Below, one piece after another: positions 42,743-52,027 of a DNA stretch of 64,000 nucleotides. Position numbers and translations under genes: made by a program. Source of the DNA: a bacterium. Lineage in GTDB: Bacteria > UBA8248. How positions within the stretch are numbered: position 1 is the stretch's first letter; each line of letters opens with the position of its first letter. The stretch lies in the NCBI GenBank assembly GCA_965199855.1, contig OZ241326.1:128001-192000 (forward strand), in the 5' to 3' direction. The notes under the pieces were generated by a model, which was not told the origin of the DNA, made no database searches, and worked only from the letters and a program-made list of their open reading frames with translations.

Positions 42743-43624
42743 GTGCCGCGCCTCGCCCGCGAATCCTCCCGCGCGGCCCGATACGTCAACATCAGCCGCC
42801 CCGGCGCGGACGACCCCGTCATCCTCTGCTATGAGGACGCGGGCGACGGCCCGCCGGTCGTGTGCGTCCCGGGGCTGGGAGACACGAACCGGGTGTGGCG
42901 CAAAATCATCCCCGCCTTCTCGGGGACGCACCGCGTCCTCGCCGTGGAGCCGCGCGGGCACGGCCGCTCCTCGAGCCCCCGCGGAAAATACGCGCTCTCC
43001 GACATGGCGGGCGACCTTGCGGAGGCCGCCGCCCGCCTGGGCGTGGAGCGGCCCGTCCTCATCGGAGACGGCCTGGGAGCGCGGACGGCGCTTCTGCTGG
43101 CGATGGAGCGGCCCGGCTGGCCGGCCGCGCTCGTCCTCATCGGCGCGGGCGCGGCGCCCGCCAGCAGGCGCGCGCGCAGAGGGGTCGCCGAGCGCGTTCA
43201 CCTGGCCGAGGCGGGAGACATGCGCGAAGCCTACAGGAACAGAAAAAGCGAGGGACGCGAGCCCAGGGGCATGACCCCGCGCGAGCGCGCGGAGCGTCAC
43301 CGCCTTTTCCTGCGAAACGACCCTGCGGGCTACGCCTCGGCCGGATACGCGGAGCTGCTCGCGCCCGACCTGACGGATCGCCTGGGCGAGGTGGCCTGCC
43401 CCGTTCTCGCGCTCGCTGGCGCGGACGACGAGGAGTGCCGCGAGGACGCCCGGGCGCTCGCCGCCGGAATCCCCCGGTGCGAATCCGTGCTGATAGAGGG
43501 GGCGGGGCGCTGCGTTCAGCTCGATCAGGCGGAGGCGGCCCTCGCCATCATCCGCGACTTTTTCAGGAAGCACATTCTCTCGGTCGTCAAGACAGCGGAG
43601 GACAGCGATGGCCCGGCTCATTGA
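42743..43624 (+). CDS. Alpha/beta hydrolase fold protein with degenerate catalytic motifs
   Basis: RGHGRS motif present, but GDGLG replaces GxSxG and AGR replaces AGH. Confidence 0.8.
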   Translation: MPRLARESSRAARYVNISRPGADDPVILCYEDAGDGPPVVCVPGLGDTNRVWRKIIPAFSGTHRVLAVEPRGHGRSSSPRGKYALSDMAGDLAEAAARLGVERPVLIGDGLGARTALLLAMERPGWPAALVLIGAGAAPASRRARRGVAERVHLAEAGDMREAYRNRKSEGREPRGMTPRERAERHRLFLRNDPAGYASAGYAELLAPDLTDRLGEVACPVLALAGADDEECREDARALAAGIPRCESVLIEGAGRCVQLDQAEAALAIIRDFFRKHILSVVKTAEDSDGPAH

Positions 43625-44288
43625 CCTCACCGCGCCCCTGGGACACCCGGCGCTCTGCCAGGTTCCGACGTTTCCCCCGGTGGAATACTGGCGCTTCCAC
43701 GAGCACGCCTCCCACGGCCGCCAGAACAGCGCGGTGAAAATGGCGATCCACCAGGGAACGCACCTCGACGCGCCCAGACACTTCTACGAGGACGGCGCGA
43801 CGATTGACGAGATGCCGCTCGACACCTTCTGCGGCCGCGCCGTGAAGATCGACCTGAGAGGAATCGCGCGGGAGGCGCGTCCCGTCACCCGGGAGATGAT
43901 CGAATCCGCCCCCGGGTTCGACCCCGCGCGCCTGGAGGGCGCCATCGCCGTCACCTGGACGGGCTGGTCGAAGGAGAAAATCTTCACGCCCGACTACTTC
44001 GGCCCCAACCCCCATCTCGACAGGGAGGCGTGCCTCTTCCTGTGCGGCTGCGGCATGAAGGCGCTCTGCATGGACCACGCGATCGACCCGGGCCTTCGGC
44101 CGGATTCCGTCGTCCACGGCGAGGATTCCCCCGGCCACCGGGCGGTGCTGGGCCGGGGCGTTCCGCTCATCGAGCACGTCGTCAACCTGGACGCGTTCGA
44201 CGAGGCCGAATTCGAGATGTTCGCGTTTCCCCTGAAGCTCTACGGAATCGAGGGCGCGCCCGCCCGCGTGGTGGCGCGGCTCCCCTGA
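43608..44288 (+). CDS. Cyclase/kynurenine formamidase family protein
   Basis: HQGTHLDAPRH, IEH, EGAPARVVA. Confidence 0.92.
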   Translation: MARLIDLTAPLGHPALCQVPTFPPVEYWRFHEHASHGRQNSAVKMAIHQGTHLDAPRHFYEDGATIDEMPLDTFCGRAVKIDLRGIAREARPVTREMIESAPGFDPARLEGAIAVTWTGWSKEKIFTPDYFGPNPHLDREACLFLCGCGMKALCMDHAIDPGLRPDSVVHGEDSPGHRAVLGRGVPLIEHVVNLDAFDEAEFEMFAFPLKLYGIEGAPARVVARLP

Positions 44289-44307
44289 AAACGAGGAGGC
44301 GGGAAAG

Positions 44308-45111
44308 TTGCCATTCTACAGAATCTCCGAAATGGAGGCGCAGTTCGTCGATATGGGAAAGGCCCGGATGCGGAGCGCGGCCGGGGAGCTCATGAAGGCG
44401 GGCGTGATCACCTACCCCGAGGACGGCGGCCCGCCGCCTCACTTTCACCCGAACGAGGAGCAGTTTCTTCTGGTGACGGAGGGAGAAGCGAACGTGATTC
44501 TGGGGGAGGAGACGCGCGTCGTCCGCCCCGGCGATTTGGTCCACATCCCCCGGAACGAGCGGCACGGGCTTCGCATCCTGGAGGGGCCGTTCTCCTTCTT
44601 CACCGTGAAGAGCCCCGCGGGCGACGGCGACCTCTACCAGGACTACAACAGGGCCGCGGACGCCGAGGAGGCGCGAAAAAAACTGGAATCCGTCCCGCCT
44701 TCCCCGGAAAGGAAAGTCCGGACGCCCTTTTACAGAATGGAAGACCTGCCGCAGGGCCGCTCGAAAGTAGGCCCTGCCGTCAGCCACGCGACCGCCGGCG
44801 AGTTGATGAAGGTGGGCTGGGTCATCTACCCGCAGGGGGAGGGGCCGCCGGCGCACTTTCATCCCAACGAAGAGCAATACATCCTGATGCTCGAGGGGAG
44901 GATGAACATGATCTGCGGGGAGGAGACGCGCGAAATCGGCCCCGGCGACCTCGTCCACATCCCCAGAAACACGCGCCACGGCATCCACATCACCCAGGGG
45001 CCGGCGAAATTCTTCGCCGCCAAGAGCCCGGCGGGCGACGGAACGCTGGATCAGGACTACAACAGGGCGGCCGACGCGGACGAGGTGAGGGAGCGTCTGG
45101 CGAATTCGTAA
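44308..45111 (+). CDS. Tandem double-cupin protein
   Basis: Two closely similar halves, each with HFHPNEEQ and HIPRNxRH; TTG start after GAGGAGG. Confidence 0.88.
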   Translation: MPFYRISEMEAQFVDMGKARMRSAAGELMKAGVITYPEDGGPPPHFHPNEEQFLLVTEGEANVILGEETRVVRPGDLVHIPRNERHGLRILEGPFSFFTVKSPAGDGDLYQDYNRAADAEEARKKLESVPPSPERKVRTPFYRMEDLPQGRSKVGPAVSHATAGELMKVGWVIYPQGEGPPAHFHPNEEQYILMLEGRMNMICGEETREIGPGDLVHIPRNTRHGIHITQGPAKFFAAKSPAGDGTLDQDYNRAADADEVRERLANS

Positions 45112-45163
45112 GCGGCGAATCCGGCCAGGCCGGCGGAGACGGCCCTGCCGGCTCCCCTCCTCC

Positions 45164-45691
45164 TCACCGCCGCCGGGACTGCGCCGCCATGCGTTTTTTG
45201 CGGAACCGCACGGCCTGGATGACGTCCTGCCAGACGAGACGGCCCAGGGGGCCCGAACTATAGACGGCGATGTTCACCTTCCCGTCCGGGGAGAGCAGGA
45301 AGTTGGTCGAATGCAGATAGGGCCTCGGCTTCTCGCCGGCTTCCGGGGCGTAGTAGGCGCCGAGCGCCTCGGAGACGCGCGCGGGGTCCAGGCTGTGGCC
45401 CACCGGAAAGTTCACCTTGCTCGCCTCGATGGATCGCAGGGCCTCCTCTTCAGGATCCGTGGACGCCGCGACGACCTTGACGCCCTCCGCTTCCAGCCTT
45501 TCTCCCGCCCGGGAGAATCCCGCCAGCTGGGCGAGTCAGTAGGGTCACCAGTGGCTTCGGTAGAACAGCGCGACGCCCCAGGAGCCGCGCAAATCGTCGG
45601 GAAGCGCGATTTCCCCGCCGCCCGCCTTCGGGACGCGGAGGCTCGGAAAGTCATCCCCGGTATCGAGAAAGAAGTCGTTCGCCTTCGGCAT
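45164..45691 (-). CDS. AhpC/TSA (thioredoxin-fold) selenoprotein with a UxxU motif
   Basis: ATG 45691 reads FYRSHW-TGA-PY-TGA-LAQL and continues in frame into ORF 45164..45415; TGAs at 45545-47 and 45536-38; colinear with the adjacent paralog. Confidence 0.85.
45500..45517 (-). promoter_or_regulatory. SECIS-like hairpin
   Basis: TTCTCCC-GGGC-GGGAGAA; loop begins 34 nt after the first UGA and 25 nt after the second. Confidence 0.65.
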
Positions 45692-45760
45692 GACGCGCTC
45701 CCCTTGCTCAAAAAAACGAATGCGCCCGCCTCATCCGCCCGGGATGCGGGCACGCGCGCA

Positions 45761-45801
45761 AAAAGCCGCCCTCCCGAATCCGGCCGTCGGAAGGGCGGCT
45801 T
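45761..45801 (-). terminator. Intrinsic terminator between the two selenoprotein genes
   Basis: AAGCCGCCCTTCCGA...TCGGGAGGGCGGCTT followed by a T tract on the minus strand. Confidence 0.7.
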
Positions 45802-45816
45802 CGGGAATGCCCGCGC

Positions 45817-46314
45817 CTAGTTCTGCGCCGCCATCTTCTTGAAAAACTGAACCATCCCCAGGACGTCCTGCCACACGAGCCGTCCGATGGGCCCGGTGCT
45901 GTAGACGGCCACGGCGACCGTTCCATCGGGCTTCAGGACGTAGCCCGTGCCGTGAAGAATCTGGCGCCTCTCCTCGTAGAAGCAGCCGGTGAGCTCGGAA
46001 ATCCGCTTGTTGTCGAGGCCGTAGCCCACGGGAAAGTTCAGCCCGCATTCATCGATCGTTCCCCTGGCCTGCTCTTCCGTGTCCACGGAAGCCGCAACAA
46101 CCTTGACGCCCTCCTCCCGGAGCTTCGCCGCCCGGTCGAAGGCCGTCAGCTGCTGCTTGCAGTAGGGTCACCAGTGGCCTCGATACAGCAGAACCACCCC
46201 CCAGTCGCCCGCGAGATCGCCGGGCAGGGAGATTTTCCCTCCGCCCACCCGATCCGCCTCGACGTCCGGAAAGGGATCGCCCGAATCGATCATCCTGTCC
46301 GTCATGCGCGGCAT
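45817..46314 (-). CDS. AhpC/TSA (thioredoxin-fold) selenoprotein with a UxxC motif
   Basis: GGAGG before ATG 46314; LYRGHW-TGA(46168-70)-PYCKQQL continues in frame into ORF 45817..46086. Confidence 0.9.
46123..46141 (-). promoter_or_regulatory. SECIS-like hairpin
   Basis: CTTCG-A-CC-GGGC-GG-CGAAG; same GGGC loop 34 nt after UGA as in the paralog. Confidence 0.6.
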
Positions 46315-46505
46315 CAATGCGTCCTCCGAAAATGAATGAAGCGAAAGCGGGCCCCGAAGCGGCGAGGCCCCAGCCCGTTCATTTATACCCGCGCGCCGCG
46401 GAGATTTCAAACCGCGCCGATGGCGCCGGGGCTTCTCACCGAGTCGCCCTTGACATCGAGAGGGCGGCTTCCTAGCATGGGGCCGGTTCTTCGGGAGAAT
46501 AGCGA

Positions 46506-46784
46506 ATGAGCGACGCCATCGCCTGCGAATGCGGGAATCTGAATCTGCAGGGCGCATACGAGAAAGCCTCCGAAGCCTGCCATCGGGAGGTTCATCTCTC
46601 CACGGAGGACGCGGAGCGCTATCTTCCGCGGGACGAATCCCAGCAAAACCAGATCATCTCGAAGCAGTGCCGGATTCCCCCCCTCACCAGCGTCATCCGG
46701 TATGGGCCGGACTACTACGTGCTCAAAAAGGGCCGGGTCATGCGGGAGGGGTTCCGCAGGACGCTTCCCGAATACAGGCAGTAG
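46506..46784 (+). CDS. Small Cys-containing hypothetical protein
   Basis: TTGACA-N17-TAGCAT promoter at about 46450, GGGAG RBS, protein-like composition. Confidence 0.6.
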   Translation: MSDAIACECGNLNLQGAYEKASEACHREVHLSTEDAERYLPRDESQQNQIISKQCRIPPLTSVIRYGPDYYVLKKGRVMREGFRRTLPEYRQ

Positions 46785-46984
46785 GCGCGCCTCCCCCGCC
46801 CCGCCCGAAAAAGGGCGCGCCCGGACGTCCTCCCTTTCGCCTCCACCCGCTTCTTCCCCCGGCTTCGATGCAGCTGATAGCGCCTCTCGCAAGCCGCGTC
46901 CTCATCGCCCACGGGCGCTTTTTGATGCTAGGATAGCGTCTCCATCGAATTCGCCTCGAAACCTCCAGCCTCGGGAGATGAGCC

Positions 46985-47347
46985 ATGCGCGCCAGAAAAT
47001 ACAGCTGGGACGAGATGCCCGAAGAGGCCGTGACCGATTCGTTTTCGAGAAAAATGGTGGTGGGCGAAAAGGAGATGCTCTGCTGGCTCAAGCTCAAGCC
47101 CGGCTGCCTGGTGCCGACGCACAACCACGAGCACGAGCAGATATCCCACGTCATCAAGGGGAGGCTCAGGTTCCTCATCGACGACGAGGCCGTTGAGATC
47201 GGCCCCGGCGAGACGCTCCTCATCCCGCCGCACGTCCCCCATTCCGCCGAAGTCGTGGGAGACGAGACGGTGATAGACTACGACATATTCAGCCCCATCC
47301 GGGAAGACTGGCTCGACGGAAGCGACTCTTATCTGAGAGACAAGTAG
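46985..47347 (+). CDS. Cupin-domain protein
   Basis: PTHNHEHEQ, IPPHVPHSA, DIFSPIREDW. Confidence 0.9.
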   Translation: MRARKYSWDEMPEEAVTDSFSRKMVVGEKEMLCWLKLKPGCLVPTHNHEHEQISHVIKGRLRFLIDDEAVEIGPGETLLIPPHVPHSAEVVGDETVIDYDIFSPIREDWLDGSDSYLRDK

Positions 47348-47519
47348 CGGGATTTTCCACCCGGGCGCCCCCCTTGCGGTGAAAGGAGCCGCGCGCCTCC
47401 GGCGGCGTTCGCCCCGCTCGCTCCCGTCCGGCGGCGTCCCGCCCCGGAAAAGATGCTCGCCCGCGCGAAACCGCCCCTTCCCCGAAAAGCGGCTGAAAGA
47501 GCGCGGGCTTCCCCATCCA

Positions 47520-47688
47520 GCGCGAAATGTTGTATCCACAACCCATCGAAACCCTACATATAGATTCCATCCAAGCATTTGCTTTTTATGCGCCAATCCG
47601 TTTTCCCCGGTCTGGATAAACTGTGCGTAAATCGCCGCTTTGACTCCACATATTGCGCGGCGAGAAAAAAACTTCCTACATTCTGTAT
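47520..47688. promoter_or_regulatory. Cluster of NrdR-like and DnaA-like boxes
   Basis: NrdR-like 16-mers at 47520, 47551, 47643, 47673; DnaA-like 9-mers at 47532, 47611, 47622. Confidence 0.55.
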
Positions 47689-47712
47689 GTTGAACGATAT
47701 TTCACTTCTCAT

Positions 47713-47740
47713 CGTCATTGCGGCGAAAGCCGCAATCCAG
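47713..47740. repeat. REP-like palindrome
   Basis: CGTC-ATTGCGGC-GAAA-GCCGCAAT-CCAG. Confidence 0.55.
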
Positions 47741-47806
47741 GACCGACGGGAAAACAAGGGATTCCGCAATCCCTCCGCCTTGTCGGGAGTGCCGCGCGTC
47801 AAGGAA

Positions 47807-47843
47807 AAGCGCCCCCCTCGACGAGGGGGGCGCTTCGTTTTTT
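47807..47843. terminator. Bidirectional intrinsic terminator downstream of hflC
   Basis: AAGCGCCCCCCTCG-A-CGAGGGGGGCGCTT flanked by A and T tracts. Confidence 0.8.
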
Positions 47844-47854
47844 CGGGGAGCCCG

Positions 47855-48763
47855 CTATTCGGACTTTTTCGGCTCCCTGCTCTCGGAGCCTTGCAGGAAT
47901 CTGAGGAAATCGCTGCTCGCGGGCAGCACGAGCGTCGTCTTGTCCTTCAGGGAGCGCTCATACACCTCCAGGCTTTTCAGGAAGGCGTAGAACTCCTCGT
48001 CCTGCCCGAACGCCCCGGCGTTGATCTCGATGCTTTTGGCGTCCCCCTCGCCCTTGATGGTCTGCTCCTTCTCGTAGGCTTCCGCCAGAAGCACGTCGCG
48101 CTCGCGGTTGGTCTCCGCCCGGATCTTCTCGGCCTGCTCCTTTCCCTCGGAGCGGTATTGGCGGGCGATCCTCTGCCGCTCGGCCTGCATCCGGCCGTAA
48201 ATCGCCTTGAGGTTCTCCGCCGGCAGATCGGCGCGCTTGAGGCGAACGTCCACGATTTTGATGCCGTATTCGCGGGCCTTCCGGTCGCTCGCCTTCGTGA
48301 CCTTCGCCATCAGCTGGGCGCGGTCCTTCGCCACGATGTCGATCAGGTCCTTGCGGCCGAGCTCCAGGCGCAACTCGCTGTAGATGATGTCGTCGAGCCT
48401 CGCCTGCGCCCCCGTCTCGTTGCGGACGGTGCGCAGAAACTGGAGGGGATCGATGATGCGCCAGCGCGAGAAATTGTCCACCACGAGGGTCTTCTTGTCC
48501 TGCGTGATGATCTCCGTCGGGTTCGAGTCGTATTCGAGCAGGCGGCGGTCGAAGAAGGAGAGCTGCTCCACGAACGGGAGCCGGTAGTGAAGCCCCGCGT
48601 CTCGCAGAACCCGCACGGGCTTGCCGAAGCGGGTGACGACCACCTGCCTGTCCTCGCGGACCGTGAACAGGAACGAATTGAGGGCGACGATGGCGAGCAC
48701 GACCAGGACGAACAGGGCGATGGTCTTCTTCGGCAGTCTGACGGCGGATCCCTCGGCGCTCAT
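47855..48763 (-). CDS. hflC: FtsH modulator HflC
   Basis: SPFH domain, DVRLKRADLP, RMQAERQRIA, FYAFLKSLEVY. Confidence 0.95.
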   Translation of the reverse strand: MSAEGSAVRLPKKTIALFVLVVLAIVALNSFLFTVREDRQVVVTRFGKPVRVLRDAGLHYRLPFVEQLSFFDRRLLEYDSNPTEIITQDKKTLVVDNFSRWRIIDPLQFLRTVRNETGAQARLDDIIYSELRLELGRKDLIDIVAKDRAQLMAKVTKASDRKAREYGIKIVDVRLKRADLPAENLKAIYGRMQAERQRIARQYRSEGKEQAEKIRAETNRERDVLLAEAYEKEQTIKGEGDAKSIEINAGAFGQDEEFYAFLKSLEVYERSLKDKTTLVLPASSDFLRFLQGSESREPKKSE

Positions 48764-49797
48764 CGCTTCGTGATTCCTTCGATTCCGTTGCCCCGCAGCG
48801 GGAGGATGGGCAGGACGCCGGACTTGCCCTGATCCAGGATGACCTTGTCCACCGTCGGCATCACCTCCTTCATCATTTCGAGATAGAGGCGCTCGCGCGT
48901 AATCGCCGGCGCCTTCCGATATTCCTGCAGGGTGGCGACGAAGCGGTTCGCGTCGCCGCGCGCGTGGCGAATCTTGGTCTCCCTGTAGGCTTCCGCCTTC
49001 CGGAGGACGGCGGCCACCTTGCCGCGCGTCTCGGGGATCACCTGGTTCTGGTAGCCCTGCGCCTCGTTCACGAGGCGGTTTCTGTCCTCGCGCGCGCTGG
49101 CCACGTCCTTGAAGGCGTGAATGACCTCCTTGGGCGGCGTCACGTCCTGAAGCTGCACCGCCGCCACGCGCAGGCCGGTTTCGTAGAGATCCAGTATCTT
49201 CTGCATCTCCAGCAGCGTCTCCTGCTGGATGGCGCCCTTGCCGGTGGTGAGCGCCTCGTCAATGGGCTTGCTGCCCACCACCTGGCGAATGGCGGCCTCC
49301 GCGGCGTGCACGACCGTCTCCCGGGGGTTGCGCACCTTGAAGAGATACTTGTCCGCCTCCACGATGCGGTATTGGACGATCATGTCGACGTCCACCATGT
49401 TCTCGTCGCCGGTCAGCATCCTCGATTCATGGGGCTTGTCCGAATACCGCGCGGGAGGGCCCGGGTCGATGGTGCGGAAGCCGATCTCCACGCGCTTCAC
49501 TTCGGTCACCTTCGGCGTGTAGGCGGTCTCCATCGGGAAGGGGAGGTGATAGTTGAGGCCCGAGGACACGACCCGATCGATGCGCCCGAACCGAAGAACG
49601 ATGCCCTGCTCGTCCGGCCCCACGCTGAAAACGCCGGAAGCCAGCCAGAGCAGAGCCACTGCCACGAAGATGACCGCGGAGGGCAGCTTGAAGGCGGGCA
49701 TACGGAACTGGGGCAGCTTGATCTGCGGCGGCATCCCCCCTCCTCCTCCGCCACCGCCCTGCCTTTTCGACTTGAACTCATCCCAGTCCATCGGCAT
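48760..49797 (-). CDS. hflK: FtsH modulator HflK
   Basis: MLTGDENMVDV, AFKDVASARED, TRERLYLE. Confidence 0.95.
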   Translation of the reverse strand: MPMDWDEFKSKRQGGGGGGGGMPPQIKLPQFRMPAFKLPSAVIFVAVALLWLASGVFSVGPDEQGIVLRFGRIDRVVSSGLNYHLPFPMETAYTPKVTEVKRVEIGFRTIDPGPPARYSDKPHESRMLTGDENMVDVDMIVQYRIVEADKYLFKVRNPRETVVHAAEAAIRQVVGSKPIDEALTTGKGAIQQETLLEMQKILDLYETGLRVAAVQLQDVTPPKEVIHAFKDVASAREDRNRLVNEAQGYQNQVIPETRGKVAAVLRKAEAYRETKIRHARGDANRFVATLQEYRKAPAITRERLYLEMMKEVMPTVDKVILDQGKSGVLPILPLRGNGIEGITKR

Positions 49798-49898
49798 GAG
49801 CGCATCTCCCTATCGGCGAGGTGACATGATCGTCCGGGGCGAGGCTTCGCCCATCCCGCGCCTCCGCCTATGAACCCTATGCGGGTTCCGGCTGGAAG

Positions 49899-50864
49899 TC
49901 AACCGGCCCGAATCCGTTTTTGGCGCACCATGCTTCGCATCTTCAGAATCCCCCGACGCGAGGGCAGACCCTCCTGCGCGCCGCGCCTTCTCACGGAGCA
50001 GGCCCCCGCGGCGACGGCGAAGCGAACGGCCTCGCCCATCTCCGCGCCCTCCGCCAGCCTGGCCGCCAGCGCGCCGCAAAAAGCGTCCCCGGCGCCGGTC
50101 GCGTCCGCCGCCTTCACCCCGGCGGGGGGGCGCGTCCAGCAAGCCCCGCTTCCGTCGAGGAGAAAAGCGCCCCTTCTCCCCGCCGTGATGACGACGCGCG
50201 AAGGCCCGAGCGCCCGCAGGGCGCGGGCGGCGCGAAGGAACTCCGCGTCGCTTGCGGGCGCCCCGTCGAGTCCGGCGAGCTCCGCCGCCTCCGTTTCGTT
50301 CGGCGCCAGCACGTCGGCCAGCCGGAACAATTCCTTCGGCGAGTCGCCCGCCGCCGGCGCGGGGTTCAGGACGTTGCGGGCGCCGCGCCTTCTCCCCGCG
50401 CGGAACGCGGCCGCCACGGACGAGGCCGGAACCTCGAGTTGCGCCAGGACGACGGCGCCGAAATCCAGAAGTCCCGGCTTCCTCCTCATGCGTCCGGGCG
50501 TGAGGAGCGCGTTCGCGCCGGGGACCACGGCGATCTGGTTCTCGCCCTCATCGTCCACCAGAATCAGCGCGGCGCCCGTGGGCGACTCGCAGCGCAGAAC
50601 GCCTTCGGGCGGCAGGCCGCTCTCGGTCAGACGGCGCAGATAGGCGTCGCCCGCCGGGTCGCCGCCCAGCATGGTGACGAAGCGCACCTCCGCGCCCGCG
50701 CGCCTGGCCGCCAGCGCCTGGTTGGCGCCTTTTCCGCCCCAATGCTCCCGCCGGCCCTCTCCCAGGACGGTCTCGCCCGGGCGGGGCAGGCTCTCAACGC
50801 GAACCACCACGTCAACGTTCGAGCTCCCCAGCACCAGAACGGCGCTTTTCTCAGCTCCCATCAC
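49899..50864 (-). CDS. rbsK: Ribokinase
   Basis: GSSNVD, GGKGANQA, PNETEA, DATGAGDAF. Confidence 0.9.
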   Translation of the reverse strand: MMGAEKSAVLVLGSSNVDVVVRVESLPRPGETVLGEGRREHWGGKGANQALAARRAGAEVRFVTMLGGDPAGDAYLRRLTESGLPPEGVLRCESPTGAALILVDDEGENQIAVVPGANALLTPGRMRRKPGLLDFGAVVLAQLEVPASSVAAAFRAGRRRGARNVLNPAPAAGDSPKELFRLADVLAPNETEAAELAGLDGAPASDAEFLRAARALRALGPSRVVITAGRRGAFLLDGSGACWTRPPAGVKAADATGAGDAFCGALAARLAEGAEMGEAVRFAVAAGACSVRRRGAQEGLPSRRGILKMRSMVRQKRIRAG

Positions 50865-51877
50865 TTCTCATCGGCGTCCCAGCCGCGATATTCGCGCAGA
50901 CGCGACAGGAAGAACGACAGGAAGCCCTTCGCGTCCACTTCCAGCGCCACGTCCACCGGACGCTCGACGCGCCGCCCCGCGCTTTCCCTCAAGTCCACCA
51001 GCGTCATTCCGCGCGCGAGGCCCCTGCCGGCGTCCACGTCCACGCGGCAGGGTCTGGTCTCCACGAAGTCCGGCCTCATCGCGACGGCGAGGGCCAGCGG
51101 GTCGTGCAGGGTGATGTCGTCCGCCCCTCTCGTTCGCCTGGCGAACCGCGCATACGTCCGGACGAGATCCCGAAGCGCCGCCCGAAACGACCCGCCTCCC
51201 TCCAGCTCATCGACGCGAAGACGGGCGCGCCTCGTGACGTCGAGGCCCACCATGGTGACGGGCAGGCCCGATGAGAACACTTCGGCGGCGGCGCGCGGGT
51301 CGCAGTAGATGTTGAACTCGGCCGCGGGCGTCACGTTCCCGGGCATTCTCGCGGCGCCCCCCATGACGACGATTCGCCGCGCGCGGGCGAGCGCCCCGGG
51401 CGCGCGCCGCAGCGCCAGCGCCAGATTCGTCAGCGGCCCCAAGGTGATGATGGTCAGCGCCGGGCCCCGCTCGCGCGCCTGCTCGACGATCACCTCCCAG
51501 GCGGGCCTTGCGCTCCCCCCGCCCAGGGGAGGCGGGCGGCGCCTCTTCCCGAACAGTGCTCCCAGGCCGTCCGCCCCGTGAATCATGCGCGCCCCGCCAC
51601 GGTTCAGCCGGCTTCCGTCCAGGGCCAGCGCCGCGCCCCGACAGACGGGAGCCTCCGGGCCGGGGCGTTCGAGGCGCTCCCGAAGGAACGCCGTGAGCCT
51701 TCTCGCGTTCCGGTAGGCCAGACGCGTGGAAACGTTGCCGTGAGAGGTCGTTACCGCGGCGTATTGAAAAAAGGAGGAGGCGAAGCCCATCGCCAGCGCC
51801 AGGGCGTCGTCCACGCCCGGGTCGCAATCCACCAGGGCGTATCGCGGGACGGATTCCCTCTTCTCTCTTGTCGGCAA
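50861..51877 (-). CDS. Nucleoside hydrolase (IU-NH family)
   Basis: DCDPGVDD, LGPLTNLA, GNVTPAAEFN, LHDP; GAGGAGG before TTG. Confidence 0.92.
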   Translation of the reverse strand: MPTREKRESVPRYALVDCDPGVDDALALAMGFASSFFQYAAVTTSHGNVSTRLAYRNARRLTAFLRERLERPGPEAPVCRGAALALDGSRLNRGGARMIHGADGLGALFGKRRRPPPLGGGSARPAWEVIVEQARERGPALTIITLGPLTNLALALRRAPGALARARRIVVMGGAARMPGNVTPAAEFNIYCDPRAAAEVFSSGLPVTMVGLDVTRRARLRVDELEGGGSFRAALRDLVRTYARFARRTRGADDITLHDPLALAVAMRPDFVETRPCRVDVDAGRGLARGMTLVDLRESAGRRVERPVDVALEVDAKGFLSFFLSRLREYRGWDADEK

Positions 51878-52027
51878 GGCGCGTCCTCCTCTCGCATCCG
51901 GAGAATATACATCATATCGCGCGGACGCTCCGCTTCGCCTCCGCGAACGATGATATGCCGCCCGGCGACGCGAGAGCCGCGCCGCACGCGCGGAATCCGG
52001 GACAATGCGGTTCGGCAAAGACAAGCA

